Assembly: GCA_031416315.1 (NCBI GenBank)
Contig: JANOTL010000094.1
Location: 41,357-105,356 of the forward strand
DNA length: 64,000 nucleotides
From: Pseudomonadota bacterium
GTDB taxonomy: Bacteria > Bdellovibrionota_B > Oligoflexia > Oligoflexales > CAIYRB01
Direction of reading: 5' to 3'
Shown here: positions 1 to 9,455 of the stretch, in pieces
Layout of the letters: the number at the start of each line of letters is the position of its first letter
How positions within the stretch are numbered: position 1 is the first letter of the stretch
The notes under the pieces: generated by a model
The model's input: the letters and a program-made list of their open reading frames with translations, nothing else
What the model was told of the DNA's origin: nothing
Database searches by the model: none
Translations under genes and position numbers: made by a program

Positions 1-333
1 CGCCTCGGTCCCGAGCGTCGCCGCGACCGGACCGACCGTGACCGAGCTCGTGACCTCCAGGCCTTTCGGCAAAGACTGCGCGATCTCGGACAAGCGCTCC
101 ATCGCCACCGATCTCGCGGAGCTTTCGACCGCAGGGAATGCGTCCCATAGCGGGGACGGGGTGGTCTGCGAGAAGGCGGGCACGCCGCTCGCCCAGGCGT
201 CGACGACGTGCATCAGCGCGAGCCGCTTGCCGAGCTTCTGCGCGAGTCCCCCGGCAATTTTGACCAGCGCTTCCGTGTGGCGGTCGAAGCCGACGGCGAC
301 GGCGATCGTCGAATGGGACGAAAAATAGGGCAC
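1..333 (-). CDS. Universal stress protein (UspA-like), 5' part; runs off the window edge
   Basis: Manual translation from GTG at 333 gives MPYFSSHSTIAVAVGFDRHTEALVKIAGGLAQKLGKRLALMHVVD, a USP N-terminal pattern similar to the USP at 5640. Confidence 0.75.
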   Translation of the reverse strand, partial: MPYFSSHSTIAVAVGFDRHTEALVKIAGGLAQKLGKRLALMHVVDAWASGVPAFSQTTPSPLWDAFPAVESSARSVAMERLSEIAQSLPKGLEVTSSVTVGPVAATLGTEA

Positions 334-337
334 GTGC

Positions 338-652
338 TTAGTCAAGGCGGCGCTCCTCTTCAAGAAGGGAATCAGGCATGAGCAGGTTAAGCTCGCTCAC
401 GCGCTCGGCGCGCATCGCGTCGATGAGCTCTTTGGTGTGCCGGGAGATCCGTTGGGGATCTTTGGCGACGTCGCAGAGTCGCGACCCTTCCGGGTAATCC
501 CAGCCTTCGCCTTTCAGCGCCGCCAAGATGCGTCGGTACTCTCTTTCCAGGCGCGGGTGTTGCGCCAGATCGGGCATGGCGCCGACGACTTTGAGCGCCA
601 TCGCGAGTCTGCTGCACGGGAATTCGCCCATGCATGTATCGCAGTGAGACAC
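338..652 (-). CDS. Small hypothetical protein with N-terminal CxxC
   Basis: AGGAGG 6 nt before GTG; HCDTC...C...C; upstream sigma54 site. Confidence 0.7.
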   Translation of the reverse strand: MSHCDTCMGEFPCSRLAMALKVVGAMPDLAQHPRLEREYRRILAALKGEGWDYPEGSRLCDVAKDPQRISRHTKELIDAMRAERVSELNLLMPDSLLEEERRLD

Positions 653-694
653 GGCATACCTCCTGGCTCTCGTTGTAGCCTCTTCCCCTAAGGG

Positions 695-710
695 AGCAAT
701 ATTTGGGCCG
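695..710 (-). promoter_or_regulatory. Putative sigma54 -24/-12 promoter
   Basis: Minus strand CGGCCCAAATATTGCT (GG-N10-GC, TTGC) upstream of 652. Confidence 0.6.
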
Positions 711-767
711 CACGAGACTGCGGGATTTCGCGCAAGCTTCCAGCGCGAAATCCCGCAGCGCAGGGGT

Positions 768-1496
768 TTACTTCTCGAACAAGCGGTTCATCGCGTCGCC
801 GTTCAGGCTGCGAACGTGCAGGAGATGGCGGCCCGTGCTCACCGTCTCCGGCAGGGCAATCGTCTGCTTGAAGCGCATCTCGACCGTCCGGCAATTCGCC
901 CCGGGCGTCGTGTCGAACGCCATGATCGGAAGAATGTTCACCGTCTTGCCGTTGTCCTCGACGATCGCGCGGCTCCAGCTCATGCAGCGGTTCGTGATGC
1001 GACCGTAGATCACGGCCTCGAGGGCGCCGGTGTCCGCGTTGCGATCGACGCGCACGTCGTCGACGGGCAAGTAGTCGAAATCGTCGGGAGACGTGCCGAT
1101 GGCGCGCTTCACCTGGAGGGACTCCGTCAGGCTCGTGGTCACTCCTTGCACCTCTACGGCATAGGGACCCGGCTCGAGCTGACCTAGCTTAACCTCGAAG
1201 AAGTAGGGAACGAGCACTTGGACGCAAGGCGCCCCGAACTGCCGCGCCATAGGCGTGATCTCGACTGTGCGCGCCGCGTGGTCGATCGTCACCTCGGGCT
1301 TCGCCTGACGGTAACAGCCGCTCGGGAGGAAGCCTTCGACGACCACCTCGGCTTCGTCATTGTCGTCGAAACCGATCGGCACGAAGACGGTGGTGGCGTC
1401 GATGCGGACGAGCTCGCCCGTGCGCGATTCGTCGGCTTGCGCGGTCGCGAGGCTCGCCATTGCGAGGGTCAGAAGGGACACTTTCTGCATGAACAT
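768..1496 (-). CDS. Secreted hypothetical protein, 'FVPxGFDDND' family
   Basis: Signal peptide, AGGAG RBS, paired Cys; paralog of 11065..11817. Confidence 0.8.
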   Translation of the reverse strand: MFMQKVSLLTLAMASLATAQADESRTGELVRIDATTVFVPIGFDDNDEAEVVVEGFLPSGCYRQAKPEVTIDHAARTVEITPMARQFGAPCVQVLVPYFFEVKLGQLEPGPYAVEVQGVTTSLTESLQVKRAIGTSPDDFDYLPVDDVRVDRNADTGALEAVIYGRITNRCMSWSRAIVEDNGKTVNILPIMAFDTTPGANCRTVEMRFKQTIALPETVSTGRHLLHVRSLNGDAMNRLFEK

Positions 1497-1517
1497 GAGG
1501 ACTCCTTACACGAACGT

Positions 1518-2678
1518 TCAGATTTTGCCTGGTTCCTGGCGAATGATGCGCTTGAGTTCGCCCAGGAGGTCGCGCACGTCTTGCGGGACGCGCGTTCCGC
1601 CCGAGCCGGTGTAGCTTGCCATGAGATTCTCCTCAAGCGTCGCGTACGCCTTAGGTGCAAAAGAAGCGCCAGGTGCGAGTCGAATCGCGGACTCCAGGAA
1701 AAAATCCGAGCGCGAGATCCAGAAAGAGTGCTCGGTCATGGACGTGCAAATGCCGAGCAGGTAGTAGGCTTCGGCGACTTCGGCCCCGCGATCGGGGTGT
1801 CCGCGGATGAACCGGGTCAGGATCGCTTCCGCCGTCAGATAGTGGATCATCCCGTCGCGGTCGCGCAGAAACTGCATGAATTCATGGCCTTGATCCATGA
1901 TCCTTTTCGCCGCGGCGAGGTCTCCGGCGGCGAGGACGCCGCGCGCGTCGAAGTCCTTCAGCGTCTTCAGCCAGCGCTCCAGCTGCGCTTTCACGTGGAT
2001 CGGCGTCGACGCCTCGGCGATGAGGCCGGCGAGGACGGGCTGCGGCCGCTTGAAGTCGCTCTTCACGCTGATCGAGACGCGGAGGTAGTCCGTGAACGAG
2101 CCCAGCGTCGTCAGGAGCGCCGGATCGACGTCCTTGCTCTTGAAGATCGTCTCGAAGGTCGAGAGCGCGTCGTCGAACCGCCGGCTGACGAGCTGGAGCG
2201 TCGCGCGCTCCAGAGGTTGCAGCGTCTCCCCGTTGACCTTGGTGAAGAAGGCGTCGGAGCCGGGGAACTTGCGGCCCTCCGGCAAAGTGGAGTGACACGC
2301 GATGCAGTTGTCCGTCATGTGATGGAGGACGAAGCGCGCCTCGTCGAAGCGCTGCTTGCCGTAGTACATCTCGAGGCGGCGCGCGTCGCGCCCCAGAGAC
2401 TTCGTCACGAACTCGAAAGCCCGGTCCTGCGTCTTTCCGTGCGCCTCGAGCGCCGCGGCGTTCCGCGACAGCTTCGCGAGCTCCGCGGCGATCCCCGGCC
2501 GATTCGTCGCTGCGGTGAACGCCGCGTCGTCGAAGCTCGCGCCCAAGACCTTCGTCATCGGGTCAAAGAGGCTCTGCATGATGCCTTGGGTCACGGTGGG
2601 CTCCGGCGCGTCCCCGGCCGCCCAGGCTGGCGTGCCGAAAAGGAGATGCACGGCGAGGCAAAGGGCGCGAAGGCTCAT
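1518..2678 (-). CDS. Exported mono-heme c protein with helical/TPR-like C-terminus
   Basis: Signal peptide (MSLRALCLAVHLLFGTPAWA), CIACH after a helical segment, AEAYYLLG TPR-like motif. Confidence 0.75.
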   Translation of the reverse strand: MSLRALCLAVHLLFGTPAWAAGDAPEPTVTQGIMQSLFDPMTKVLGASFDDAAFTAATNRPGIAAELAKLSRNAAALEAHGKTQDRAFEFVTKSLGRDARRLEMYYGKQRFDEARFVLHHMTDNCIACHSTLPEGRKFPGSDAFFTKVNGETLQPLERATLQLVSRRFDDALSTFETIFKSKDVDPALLTTLGSFTDYLRVSISVKSDFKRPQPVLAGLIAEASTPIHVKAQLERWLKTLKDFDARGVLAAGDLAAAKRIMDQGHEFMQFLRDRDGMIHYLTAEAILTRFIRGHPDRGAEVAEAYYLLGICTSMTEHSFWISRSDFFLESAIRLAPGASFAPKAYATLEENLMASYTGSGGTRVPQDVRDLLGELKRIIRQEPGKI

Positions 2679-2716
2679 GGGGGTGATCCTTGGTGAGGGA
2701 GGACGAGCGGTGGTTT

Positions 2717-2732
2717 TGCAGTGAACGTGCCA
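2717..2732 (-). promoter_or_regulatory. Putative sigma54 promoter
   Basis: Minus strand TGGCACGTTCACTGCA. Confidence 0.7.
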
Positions 2733-2764
2733 GGCGCCGCTGCGCCAACTGACGCATCGACGAT

Positions 2765-2780
2765 CGGCACGGGCCTTGCT
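2765..2780 (+). promoter_or_regulatory. Putative sigma54 promoter
   Basis: CGGCACGGGCCTTGCT, near consensus. Confidence 0.75.
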
Positions 2781-2808
2781 TTCGTCCCACTTCCGAGGAG
2801 GTGGGGCC

Positions 2809-3204
2809 ATGGCGAAGCGCATCAGGACCGTCGGAGAGTTCATGTCGCCGGCGACGCAATCGATCGCGCCGAAGGAGGCCCTGATTGCCGCGCGCCGCAA
2901 GATGGACCGAAACGGCATTCGGCACCTGCCGATCGTCGAGGACGGTCGGCCCATCGGCATCTTGACGGCGCGCGACCTCTACGCGCTGACGGCGGTCCAC
3001 GACGTCGACTTCTGTCGCTCCTCCGTCGGCTTTGCCATGCATCGCGACCCGTTTTGCGTGCAGGCCACGGCACCGATCGACGAGGTGGCGCGCGAGCTCT
3101 ACCGACGCTGTATCGACTCGGCGCTCGTCGTCGACGAGGACGGGAACCTGGTCGGCATCTTGACCGAGGCTGACTGCGTCAAGGCGCTCGCCGCGGGCGC
3201 GTGA
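2809..3204 (+). CDS. CBS domain pair protein
   Basis: IRHLPIVEDGRPIGILTARD and LVGILTEAD; GAGGAGG RBS. Confidence 0.9.
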   Translation: MAKRIRTVGEFMSPATQSIAPKEALIAARRKMDRNGIRHLPIVEDGRPIGILTARDLYALTAVHDVDFCRSSVGFAMHRDPFCVQATAPIDEVARELYRRCIDSALVVDEDGNLVGILTEADCVKALAAGA

Positions 3205-3211
3205 CCGAGCC

Positions 3212-4762
3212 TCAGTCCGCCATCGCGAGGCCGTGCTTCTCGAGCCGATATCGTAGCGTATGGCGCGAGATGCCGAGGAGCTGAGCCGCGCGCGTCTGGT
3301 TGTTGCGTGCCCGGTCAAGCGCTTGCGTCAAAAGGTTGCGCTCCAGCTCCTCCAGGTTGATGCCGCCTTCGGGCAAAGCGAATGGATCCGATTCGAAGGT
3401 GGCAGTCGGCAGCGGCGTCACGACCGGCGAGCCCGTCTGCAGCGCCGCGAGGGCTAGCGGCGCCGCGGCCGAACCGGGAGTCGGGGCCATCAGCTCGCTC
3501 GCGAGCCGAGGCGTCGGCGCGGCCGGCATCCCGACGGGCGCCGGAGCCCCCTCGGGCCAGGCCTCGATCTCGAGATGCGCTGCGTGCAACGTCGCCGGCT
3601 CGTGATAGACCATCGCGCGTTGCAAGACGTTGCGCAACTCTCGGATGTTCCCCGGCCAGTCGTGAGTCCGCAAGGCCGCCAGCGCGTCCAGGCCGATCGC
3701 CGGCGCCTTGACGCCGAGCTCGGCGGCGATCTTGCCGCACAAGAAGGCGGCGAGTCGCGGCACGTCTTCCAGACGCTCGCGAAGCAGCGGAATCGTCACC
3801 GGCAGGACGTTGAGCCGGTAGTAGAGATCCGCCCGAAACCGCCCCTCGGCGACCTCGCGCAGGAGGTTTCGGTTCGTCGCCGCGACGATGCGGCCGGTGA
3901 ACTCGACGTCTTTCGTGCCGCCGAGGCGTTTGAACCGGCGGTGCTCGAGGACGCGCAAGAGCTTGGCCTGCAGCTTCAGCGGCATTTCGCCGAGCTCGTC
4001 GAGGAAGATCGTGCCGTTGCGCGCGACCTCGAAAAGGCCGAGCTTGCGCTCGCGCGCGTCGGTAAAGGCGCCTTTCTCGTAGCCGAAGAGCTCGCTTTCG
4101 AGGAGCGTCTCGGGGATCGAGGCGCAGTTGATCTCGACGAAGGGTTGGCCGGCGCGATCGGACCACTCGTGCACGGCGCGCGCGGCGAGCTCTTTGCCCG
4201 TGCCGCTCTCGCCCAGGATGAGCGCCGTGTTCGCTTTGCTCCGGGCGATGCGCCGGAGCTGATCCTTGAGGCGCACGATGGAAGGCGCCTCGCCGACGAT
4301 CTCGACCTCGACCTTGCCGGCGTCGTAAGCTTGCATGCCGCTGACTTTTTGCCGGAGCTTCGCCACTTCGGCCGAGCGTTTCACCGAGGCGACCAAGTCC
4401 TTCATGTTGAAGGGCTTTTGCAGGTAGTCGAAGGCGCCGAGGCGCAGGGCGGTGATTGCGGAGTCGATCGCGCCGTGCGCGGTGATCAGGATGATCGGCA
4501 GATCCGGGTACTCGAAGCGCCACTTCTTTAGGAGCTCGAGGCCGTTGCCGTCGGGAAGGCGCAAGTCCGTGATCGCGACGTCGGGCGCCGCCGCCGGAAA
4601 GCGCTCGAGCGCCTCGCGCAGGCTTCCGGCGCGCGTCACTTCGGCGCCGAGGGCACGCAGCTCGTTGTCGATGCTCCACGCGAGCATCTCTTCGTCGTCG
4701 ACAACGAGGATCCGAATGTCTTTCAACGAATTGGCCGGCAGCTGTTGGTTCTTATCACTCAT
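3212..4762 (-). CDS. Sigma54-dependent response regulator (NtrC/AtoC family: REC-AAA+-Fis HTH)
   Basis: ILVVDDE, DLRLPD, GESGTGKE, ESELFGYEKGAFTDA, WPGNIREL, AAQLLGISRHTLRYRL. Confidence 0.95.
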   Translation of the reverse strand: MSDKNQQLPANSLKDIRILVVDDEEMLAWSIDNELRALGAEVTRAGSLREALERFPAAAPDVAITDLRLPDGNGLELLKKWRFEYPDLPIILITAHGAIDSAITALRLGAFDYLQKPFNMKDLVASVKRSAEVAKLRQKVSGMQAYDAGKVEVEIVGEAPSIVRLKDQLRRIARSKANTALILGESGTGKELAARAVHEWSDRAGQPFVEINCASIPETLLESELFGYEKGAFTDARERKLGLFEVARNGTIFLDELGEMPLKLQAKLLRVLEHRRFKRLGGTKDVEFTGRIVAATNRNLLREVAEGRFRADLYYRLNVLPVTIPLLRERLEDVPRLAAFLCGKIAAELGVKAPAIGLDALAALRTHDWPGNIRELRNVLQRAMVYHEPATLHAAHLEIEAWPEGAPAPVGMPAAPTPRLASELMAPTPGSAAAPLALAALQTGSPVVTPLPTATFESDPFALPEGGINLEELERNLLTQALDRARNNQTRAAQLLGISRHTLRYRLEKHGLAMAD

Positions 4763-5433
4763 GCAGGGATCTCTCGGTGAAGGCGAAGGATGACGCGCGA
4801 GCCGCCGAGTGCGGCCGAGCGCTCGAAGGCCAAAAAGCCCCGGTGCGCGTCGACATATTTGCGTACGAGGGCGAGGCCGAGTCCGGTTCCGGCCTCTTTC
4901 GTCGAGTAAAACGGCTCTTCGGCGCGCAAGGCGACCGACGGAGGAAAGCCCGGACCGTTGTCCTCGATGACGATCTCGACCGAGGTCGCGGCGGCGCGTG
5001 CCGAGATTCCGAGGCGCGGGATCGTGGCGACATCTACGGCTTCATAAGCGTTGCGGACGATGGCCCGGATGGCGAGCGCCATCTTGGCACGGTCCGCGAT
5101 CACCAGAAGCGCGGCAGACACGTCGACCGTGACGACGCACGAGCTGGGAAGCGCAGCGCCTCGAAGCGCCTCCTCGACCAGGCCGAGGACCGAAACGACG
5201 CTCGGGTGGATGGCGGCCGGGCGCGCGAAATCGGCGAGCTCGGTGACGTAGTCGTTGAGGTCGGCCAGACGCCGGCGCACCTGCGCGATCGAGGCCTCGA
5301 CGACCGCCGGATCGTTCGCGTTCGCTTCGACGACGTCGAGGACGGCGCCGATGCCGGCGATCGGGTTCTTGACGTTGTCGGCGATCGCGGCGACCCAGTG
5401 GGCCATCGACGCGAGAGCGGTTCCAGAACTCAT
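4759..5433 (-). CDS. Short histidine-kinase-like protein (degenerate H-box plus HATPase_c), no sensor domain
   Basis: ADNVKNPIAGI, NAYEA, EDNGPG, PFYSTKEAGTGLGL; ATGA overlap with the regulator gene. Confidence 0.85.
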   Translation of the reverse strand: MSSGTALASMAHWVAAIADNVKNPIAGIGAVLDVVEANANDPAVVEASIAQVRRRLADLNDYVTELADFARPAAIHPSVVSVLGLVEEALRGAALPSSCVVTVDVSAALLVIADRAKMALAIRAIVRNAYEAVDVATIPRLGISARAAATSVEIVIEDNGPGFPPSVALRAEEPFYSTKEAGTGLGLALVRKYVDAHRGFLAFERSAALGGSRVILRLHREIPA

Positions 5434-5591
5434 GGGCTCTCCGAAGGCATGCGGGCTGCGAGATGTTGAGCAATCGAAGGGCCCAGTTGCTTGGCGCCCT
5501 AACTATCTGATTACGCGTGAAATACCACACTTGAAGGTACTAAATCGCGCAGATTCGAGTGCGATTTCACTCAATCCTCAGTGAATTCGCC

Positions 5592-5607
5592 TGGTCACAG
5601 ATTTGCT
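5592..5607 (+). promoter_or_regulatory. Putative sigma54 promoter
   Basis: TGGTCACAGATTTGCT. Confidence 0.6.
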
Positions 5608-5639
5608 CAACTCGTCGCAACCAACTCAAGGAGGCTCCC

Positions 5640-6623
5640 ATGTCCAAGAAATTCCTCGGCAAGAAAGCCAAGATCGAAGTGGCTCTCGAGCTCGACGGGC
5701 GCTGCCCCAACTTGATCGCAGTTGCCAAAAACGTCGCCGCCCGCACCGGCATGACCTTGCGCTTGGCCCACGTGGTTGAGCCATTCTCGGACGCGTATCC
5801 GCCGACCCTCGTCGATCTCAAAGGCCCTCTCGCGGACGTCGTCGAGGCGATCGACGCGAGCCGCCAGCTGAGTGCCGAGGCCAAGCTGCGGGCAGCGGCG
5901 CCGGGCACGGGCGATGCGGAGACCTGCCTTTTGGTCGGTCGCCCGAGCCGCGCGCTCATGGTCGACGCGGAAGTCGTCAACGCGGCGATGATCCTGGTCG
6001 GCGCCGGCGCCCGGTCGTCGGGCTCTTATTCCGTGATGCCCGCCGGCATCTCGACGGCATTGCAGTTGATGGCGGAAGCGAATCGTCCCGTCATGGTCGT
6101 CGGCGCCAACTGCGAGCGCGACCTCGCGGCTCCACGCCTCAAGATGCTCATCGCCGACGACCTCACGCCTGGATCGGAGGACGCGGTGCGTGCGGGCCTC
6201 GATTTCGCACGCGCCCTCGGCGACGTCGACGTCCTCCACCTGCACGTCAATCCGCTCACGGAAGCGCGTCTGGAGGCGGCCGTCGCCGAGATTCGGGCGA
6301 GCCCCGCCACATCTGCCGCGCGCGAGGTCGACGCCGCGGAGGTCTTCGCGCGCACCCAGGCGCATTTGCAGGCGCTCTTGGCCGAGCGCGCCCCAGAGCA
6401 CCGCGCCTTGCTCTCGATCAAGGGATCCACCTGCGTCACCGAGGTTGTCGTCGGCGACGCGGCCGACGCGATCGACGCCGCTGCGGCGCGCATCGGCGCC
6501 GACATCGTCGTCTTCGGCCGCCACCGCCGGCTGCACCTCGGTGCGTGGAGCTGGGGCAAGATGCCCCACCGCGAGATGCTGGCGCAAAAGCGGATCGTGC
6601 TCCTGGTCCCGCCGCAGTCTTGA
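5640..6623 (+). CDS. Tandem-domain universal stress protein
   Basis: LRLAHVVEP, LIADDLT, GDAADAIDAAAARIGADIVVFG; AAGGAGG RBS. Confidence 0.85.
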   Translation: MSKKFLGKKAKIEVALELDGRCPNLIAVAKNVAARTGMTLRLAHVVEPFSDAYPPTLVDLKGPLADVVEAIDASRQLSAEAKLRAAAPGTGDAETCLLVGRPSRALMVDAEVVNAAMILVGAGARSSGSYSVMPAGISTALQLMAEANRPVMVVGANCERDLAAPRLKMLIADDLTPGSEDAVRAGLDFARALGDVDVLHLHVNPLTEARLEAAVAEIRASPATSAAREVDAAEVFARTQAHLQALLAERAPEHRALLSIKGSTCVTEVVVGDAADAIDAAAARIGADIVVFGRHRRLHLGAWSWGKMPHREMLAQKRIVLLVPPQS

Positions 6624-6639
6624 TGCTAGGCTGCCCTCC

Positions 6640-7737
6640 ATGCAGGAAGCCGCAGAAATCAAGTTGCAGGAAGCCACGTTTCGCGGTCTTCTCGAGGCCG
6701 CGCCCGACGGCATCCTACTCGTCGATCGTTCGGGCGTCATCGCCTTCGCGAACGCCGCTTGCGCGAGCATCCTCGGCTACACCACGGCGGAGCTGATCGG
6801 TCAGCTGATCGAGATCGTCGTGCCGGCCTACATCCGACCGAATCACGCAGCGCTGCGCGACAACTATTTCGCGGCGCCGCACACCCGGCCGATGGGGATC
6901 GGCCTCGATTTGGTCGCCGCCCGCAGGGACGGCACCAGCGTTCCCGTCGAGATCAGTCTGAGCCCGTTCACCTTCGAGGGTCACGATGGCGCCGTCGCCA
7001 TCGTCCGCGACGTCACCGACCAAAGACGGTTGAGCCGGGAGCTCAAGCGCTCGAACGAAGAGCTCGAGCAATTCGCTTACGTCGCGTCGCACGATCTGCA
7101 AGAGCCTCTGCGCATGGTGTCTGGATATACGCAGCTTCTCAAGCGTCGATACGTGGACAAGCTCGACACCGACGCCAACGAATACATCGAGTTCGCGGTC
7201 GACGGCGTCAAGCGTATGCAGTCCTTGATCAGCGACCTGCTCGCATTCTCGCGGCTCAGCACCCACGGCAAGAACTTCTCCACCGTCGACTTGCAGGACG
7301 TGTTCGAGCATGCCTGCGCCAACCTGCAAGCTTCGATCGCCGAGACGCGGGCGCAGGTCGTCATCGAGGCTTTGCCGAAGGCGTCGGGGGACCGGACCCA
7401 GCTCATCCAGCTCGCGCAGAACCTAATCGGCAACGCGCTCAAGTTCCACAAGCCCGGTGTTGCGCCCGTGATCAAAGTGACGGCCGCCGACGAGGACAAG
7501 CTCTGGCGCCTCGACGTCGCGGATAACGGCATCGGCATCGAGCCTCAGTATCGCGACAAGATCTTCGTCATCTTCCAGCGCCTGCACACCCGAGACAAAT
7601 ACGCCGGCACCGGCATCGGACTCGCCGTTTGCAAGAAGATCGTCGAGCGTCACCACGGGCGCATCTGGATCGACTCCGAGCTGGAAGTCGGGACGACCTT
7701 CCACTTTACGCTACTCAAAGAAGGGGTGCGCTCGTGA
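6640..7737 (+). CDS. PAS sensor histidine kinase
   Basis: PAS (LLEAAPDGILLVD...PVEISLSP), FAYVASHDLQEPLR, NLIGNALKF, GTGIGLA. Confidence 0.95.
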   Translation: MQEAAEIKLQEATFRGLLEAAPDGILLVDRSGVIAFANAACASILGYTTAELIGQLIEIVVPAYIRPNHAALRDNYFAAPHTRPMGIGLDLVAARRDGTSVPVEISLSPFTFEGHDGAVAIVRDVTDQRRLSRELKRSNEELEQFAYVASHDLQEPLRMVSGYTQLLKRRYVDKLDTDANEYIEFAVDGVKRMQSLISDLLAFSRLSTHGKNFSTVDLQDVFEHACANLQASIAETRAQVVIEALPKASGDRTQLIQLAQNLIGNALKFHKPGVAPVIKVTAADEDKLWRLDVADNGIGIEPQYRDKIFVIFQRLHTRDKYAGTGIGLAVCKKIVERHHGRIWIDSELEVGTTFHFTLLKEGVRS

Positions 7738-8180
7738 TCCTCGCGCATAGCGGACGGTCGGTCGAGATCCTCCTCGTCGAGGACAACCCCGGTGACGTGC
7801 GCCTCGCGGTCGAAGCGCTCAAAGAGGGGAACGTCCGTAGCAGCCTTTCCGTCGCCCAGGACGGCGTCGAGGCCTTGCGCTTCCTGCGGCGCGAAGGCCC
7901 TTACGCCGCCTCTCCCAAGCCCGACGTCATTCTGCTCGACCTCAACCTGCCGAAGAAGGGCGGGCGCGAGGTGCTGGCGGAGATCAAGGCCGACGAGGCC
8001 TTGCGACGCATTCCGGTCATCGTGCTCACGACTTCGAACGCGGAGGAGGACATCCTCCGCAGCTACGACCTTCACGCAAACTGCTACATCACGAAGCCGG
8101 TCGACATGGATCATTTCATCACGGTCGTGAAGTCGATCGACGCGTTCTGGTTCAACGTCGTTACGATGCCGACGGCGTGA
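7734..8180 (+). CDS. Single-domain response regulator (Rcp1-like)
   Basis: ILLVEDNPGD, LLDLNLP, SYDLHANCYITKP. Confidence 0.92.
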   Translation: MILAHSGRSVEILLVEDNPGDVRLAVEALKEGNVRSSLSVAQDGVEALRFLRREGPYAASPKPDVILLDLNLPKKGGREVLAEIKADEALRRIPVIVLTTSNAEEDILRSYDLHANCYITKPVDMDHFITVVKSIDAFWFNVVTMPTA

Positions 8181-8184
8181 CGGC

Positions 8185-9363
8185 CTAAAGGTCCTCGATC
8201 TCCGCAAGGTAACGCGCCACCTCGAACTCGTCCGCCGTCGGCGCGCTCGTCCGTACGAGCATCAGAGTCGCCTCGGCGCCCTCGCCGACCCCCGACGAGC
8301 GCAAGGTGAGGCGACCGCCCATGTTTTGCGCCAGGGTCGCGCAGAGCCAAAGCCCCAAGCCCTGTCCGCCACGGAGCTTCTTGGTCGTGGCGAAGGCTTG
8401 GAACGTGGCGCGCTCGCCCGGGGGATCGAAGCCGATGCCGTCGTCTTCGACGCGAACGGCCGCGTGCTCCGCCTCGTGGCTCAAGGCGATGCGGATCGCG
8501 CCGCCGATGGGCGAGTCGAGCTCGTCGATCGCATCCTTCGCGTTCAGGATCAGGTTGATCAGCACCTGTTTGACGCGCACCGAGTGCGCCATCGCCCACA
8601 CTTCGCCTTCGCATCCAGACAGCGCCAAACGGGTGGGTTTGACCCTCTCGCGCATGAGGCTGACGACATCGCGGACCAAGGCGCCGACGTCCGTAGCCCT
8701 CGCCGTCGCGGCTTCGGGTTGCAGGAGGCTCGAGACGTTCCGCGAGACGTCGGTGAGGAGCTCGGCCGACTGCGTCAAAGCCCGCAGCGCCTCGGTCCCG
8801 AGCGCATCGGTCTTGCCGCTGAAGAGCCGCACGATGTGGGTCGAGGCTAAGTTGACGAGGCCGGCCAAGTTGCGGATCTCGTGGTGGGAAGCGGCCAGGA
8901 GGCGTCCGACGATCGCCAGATTCTCGGAGTCCTGGAGGCTCGCCTCCAAGTTCCGCACCTTCTTGAAGTTGGCGATCGCTTTCATCGTGCGCAGCACGAG
9001 CTCCGACAGCTCGATCGGCCGTACGACGTAATCGACGGCGCCCATCGCCAAGCCTTTGACACGATTTTCCGCCTCGGGAAGGTGGGCCGTCGTGAGGAGC
9101 ACGGGCAAGTCGGGCCGTGGCGAGCCCTCGCGCTTGATCCAGGAGAGGAGATCGAAGCCGGATTCGCCCGGCATCGAGATGTCGGAGAGCACCAGGTCGA
9201 AGCCCCAGCCGGCGCTTTCGAGGGCCGCTCTGGCTTCCGGAACGCTCTGCGCGAGCGAGACGGAGAGGCCTTGCTCCTCGAACAGCGTGCCCAAGAGCTT
9301 CAAGACGCCCGGGTTGTCGTCGACGACGAGGATGCGGTCATGGTCTGCGGAAGACTGCGACAT
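8185..9363 (-). CDS. Hybrid receiver-histidine kinase (REC-HisKA-HATPase)
   Basis: ILVVDD, SDISMP, HHEIRN, NLILNA, GQGLGL. Confidence 0.9.
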   Translation of the reverse strand: MSQSSADHDRILVVDDNPGVLKLLGTLFEEQGLSVSLAQSVPEARAALESAGWGFDLVLSDISMPGESGFDLLSWIKREGSPRPDLPVLLTTAHLPEAENRVKGLAMGAVDYVVRPIELSELVLRTMKAIANFKKVRNLEASLQDSENLAIVGRLLAASHHEIRNLAGLVNLASTHIVRLFSGKTDALGTEALRALTQSAELLTDVSRNVSSLLQPEAATARATDVGALVRDVVSLMRERVKPTRLALSGCEGEVWAMAHSVRVKQVLINLILNAKDAIDELDSPIGGAIRIALSHEAEHAAVRVEDDGIGFDPPGERATFQAFATTKKLRGGQGLGLWLCATLAQNMGGRLTLRSSGVGEGAEATLMLVRTSAPTADEFEVARYLAEIEDL

Positions 9364-9398
9364 GAGACTACCTTAAGCCTTCGCGGGGACAACGCAAG

Positions 9399-9414
9399 TG
9401 GCACGATCATTGCT
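9399..9414 (+). promoter_or_regulatory. Putative sigma54 promoter
   Basis: TGGCACGATCATTGCT, full consensus. Confidence 0.8.
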
Positions 9415-9455
9415 CAACCCACCGTATACGAAACCATGGCTCCCGAGGAGATCGC

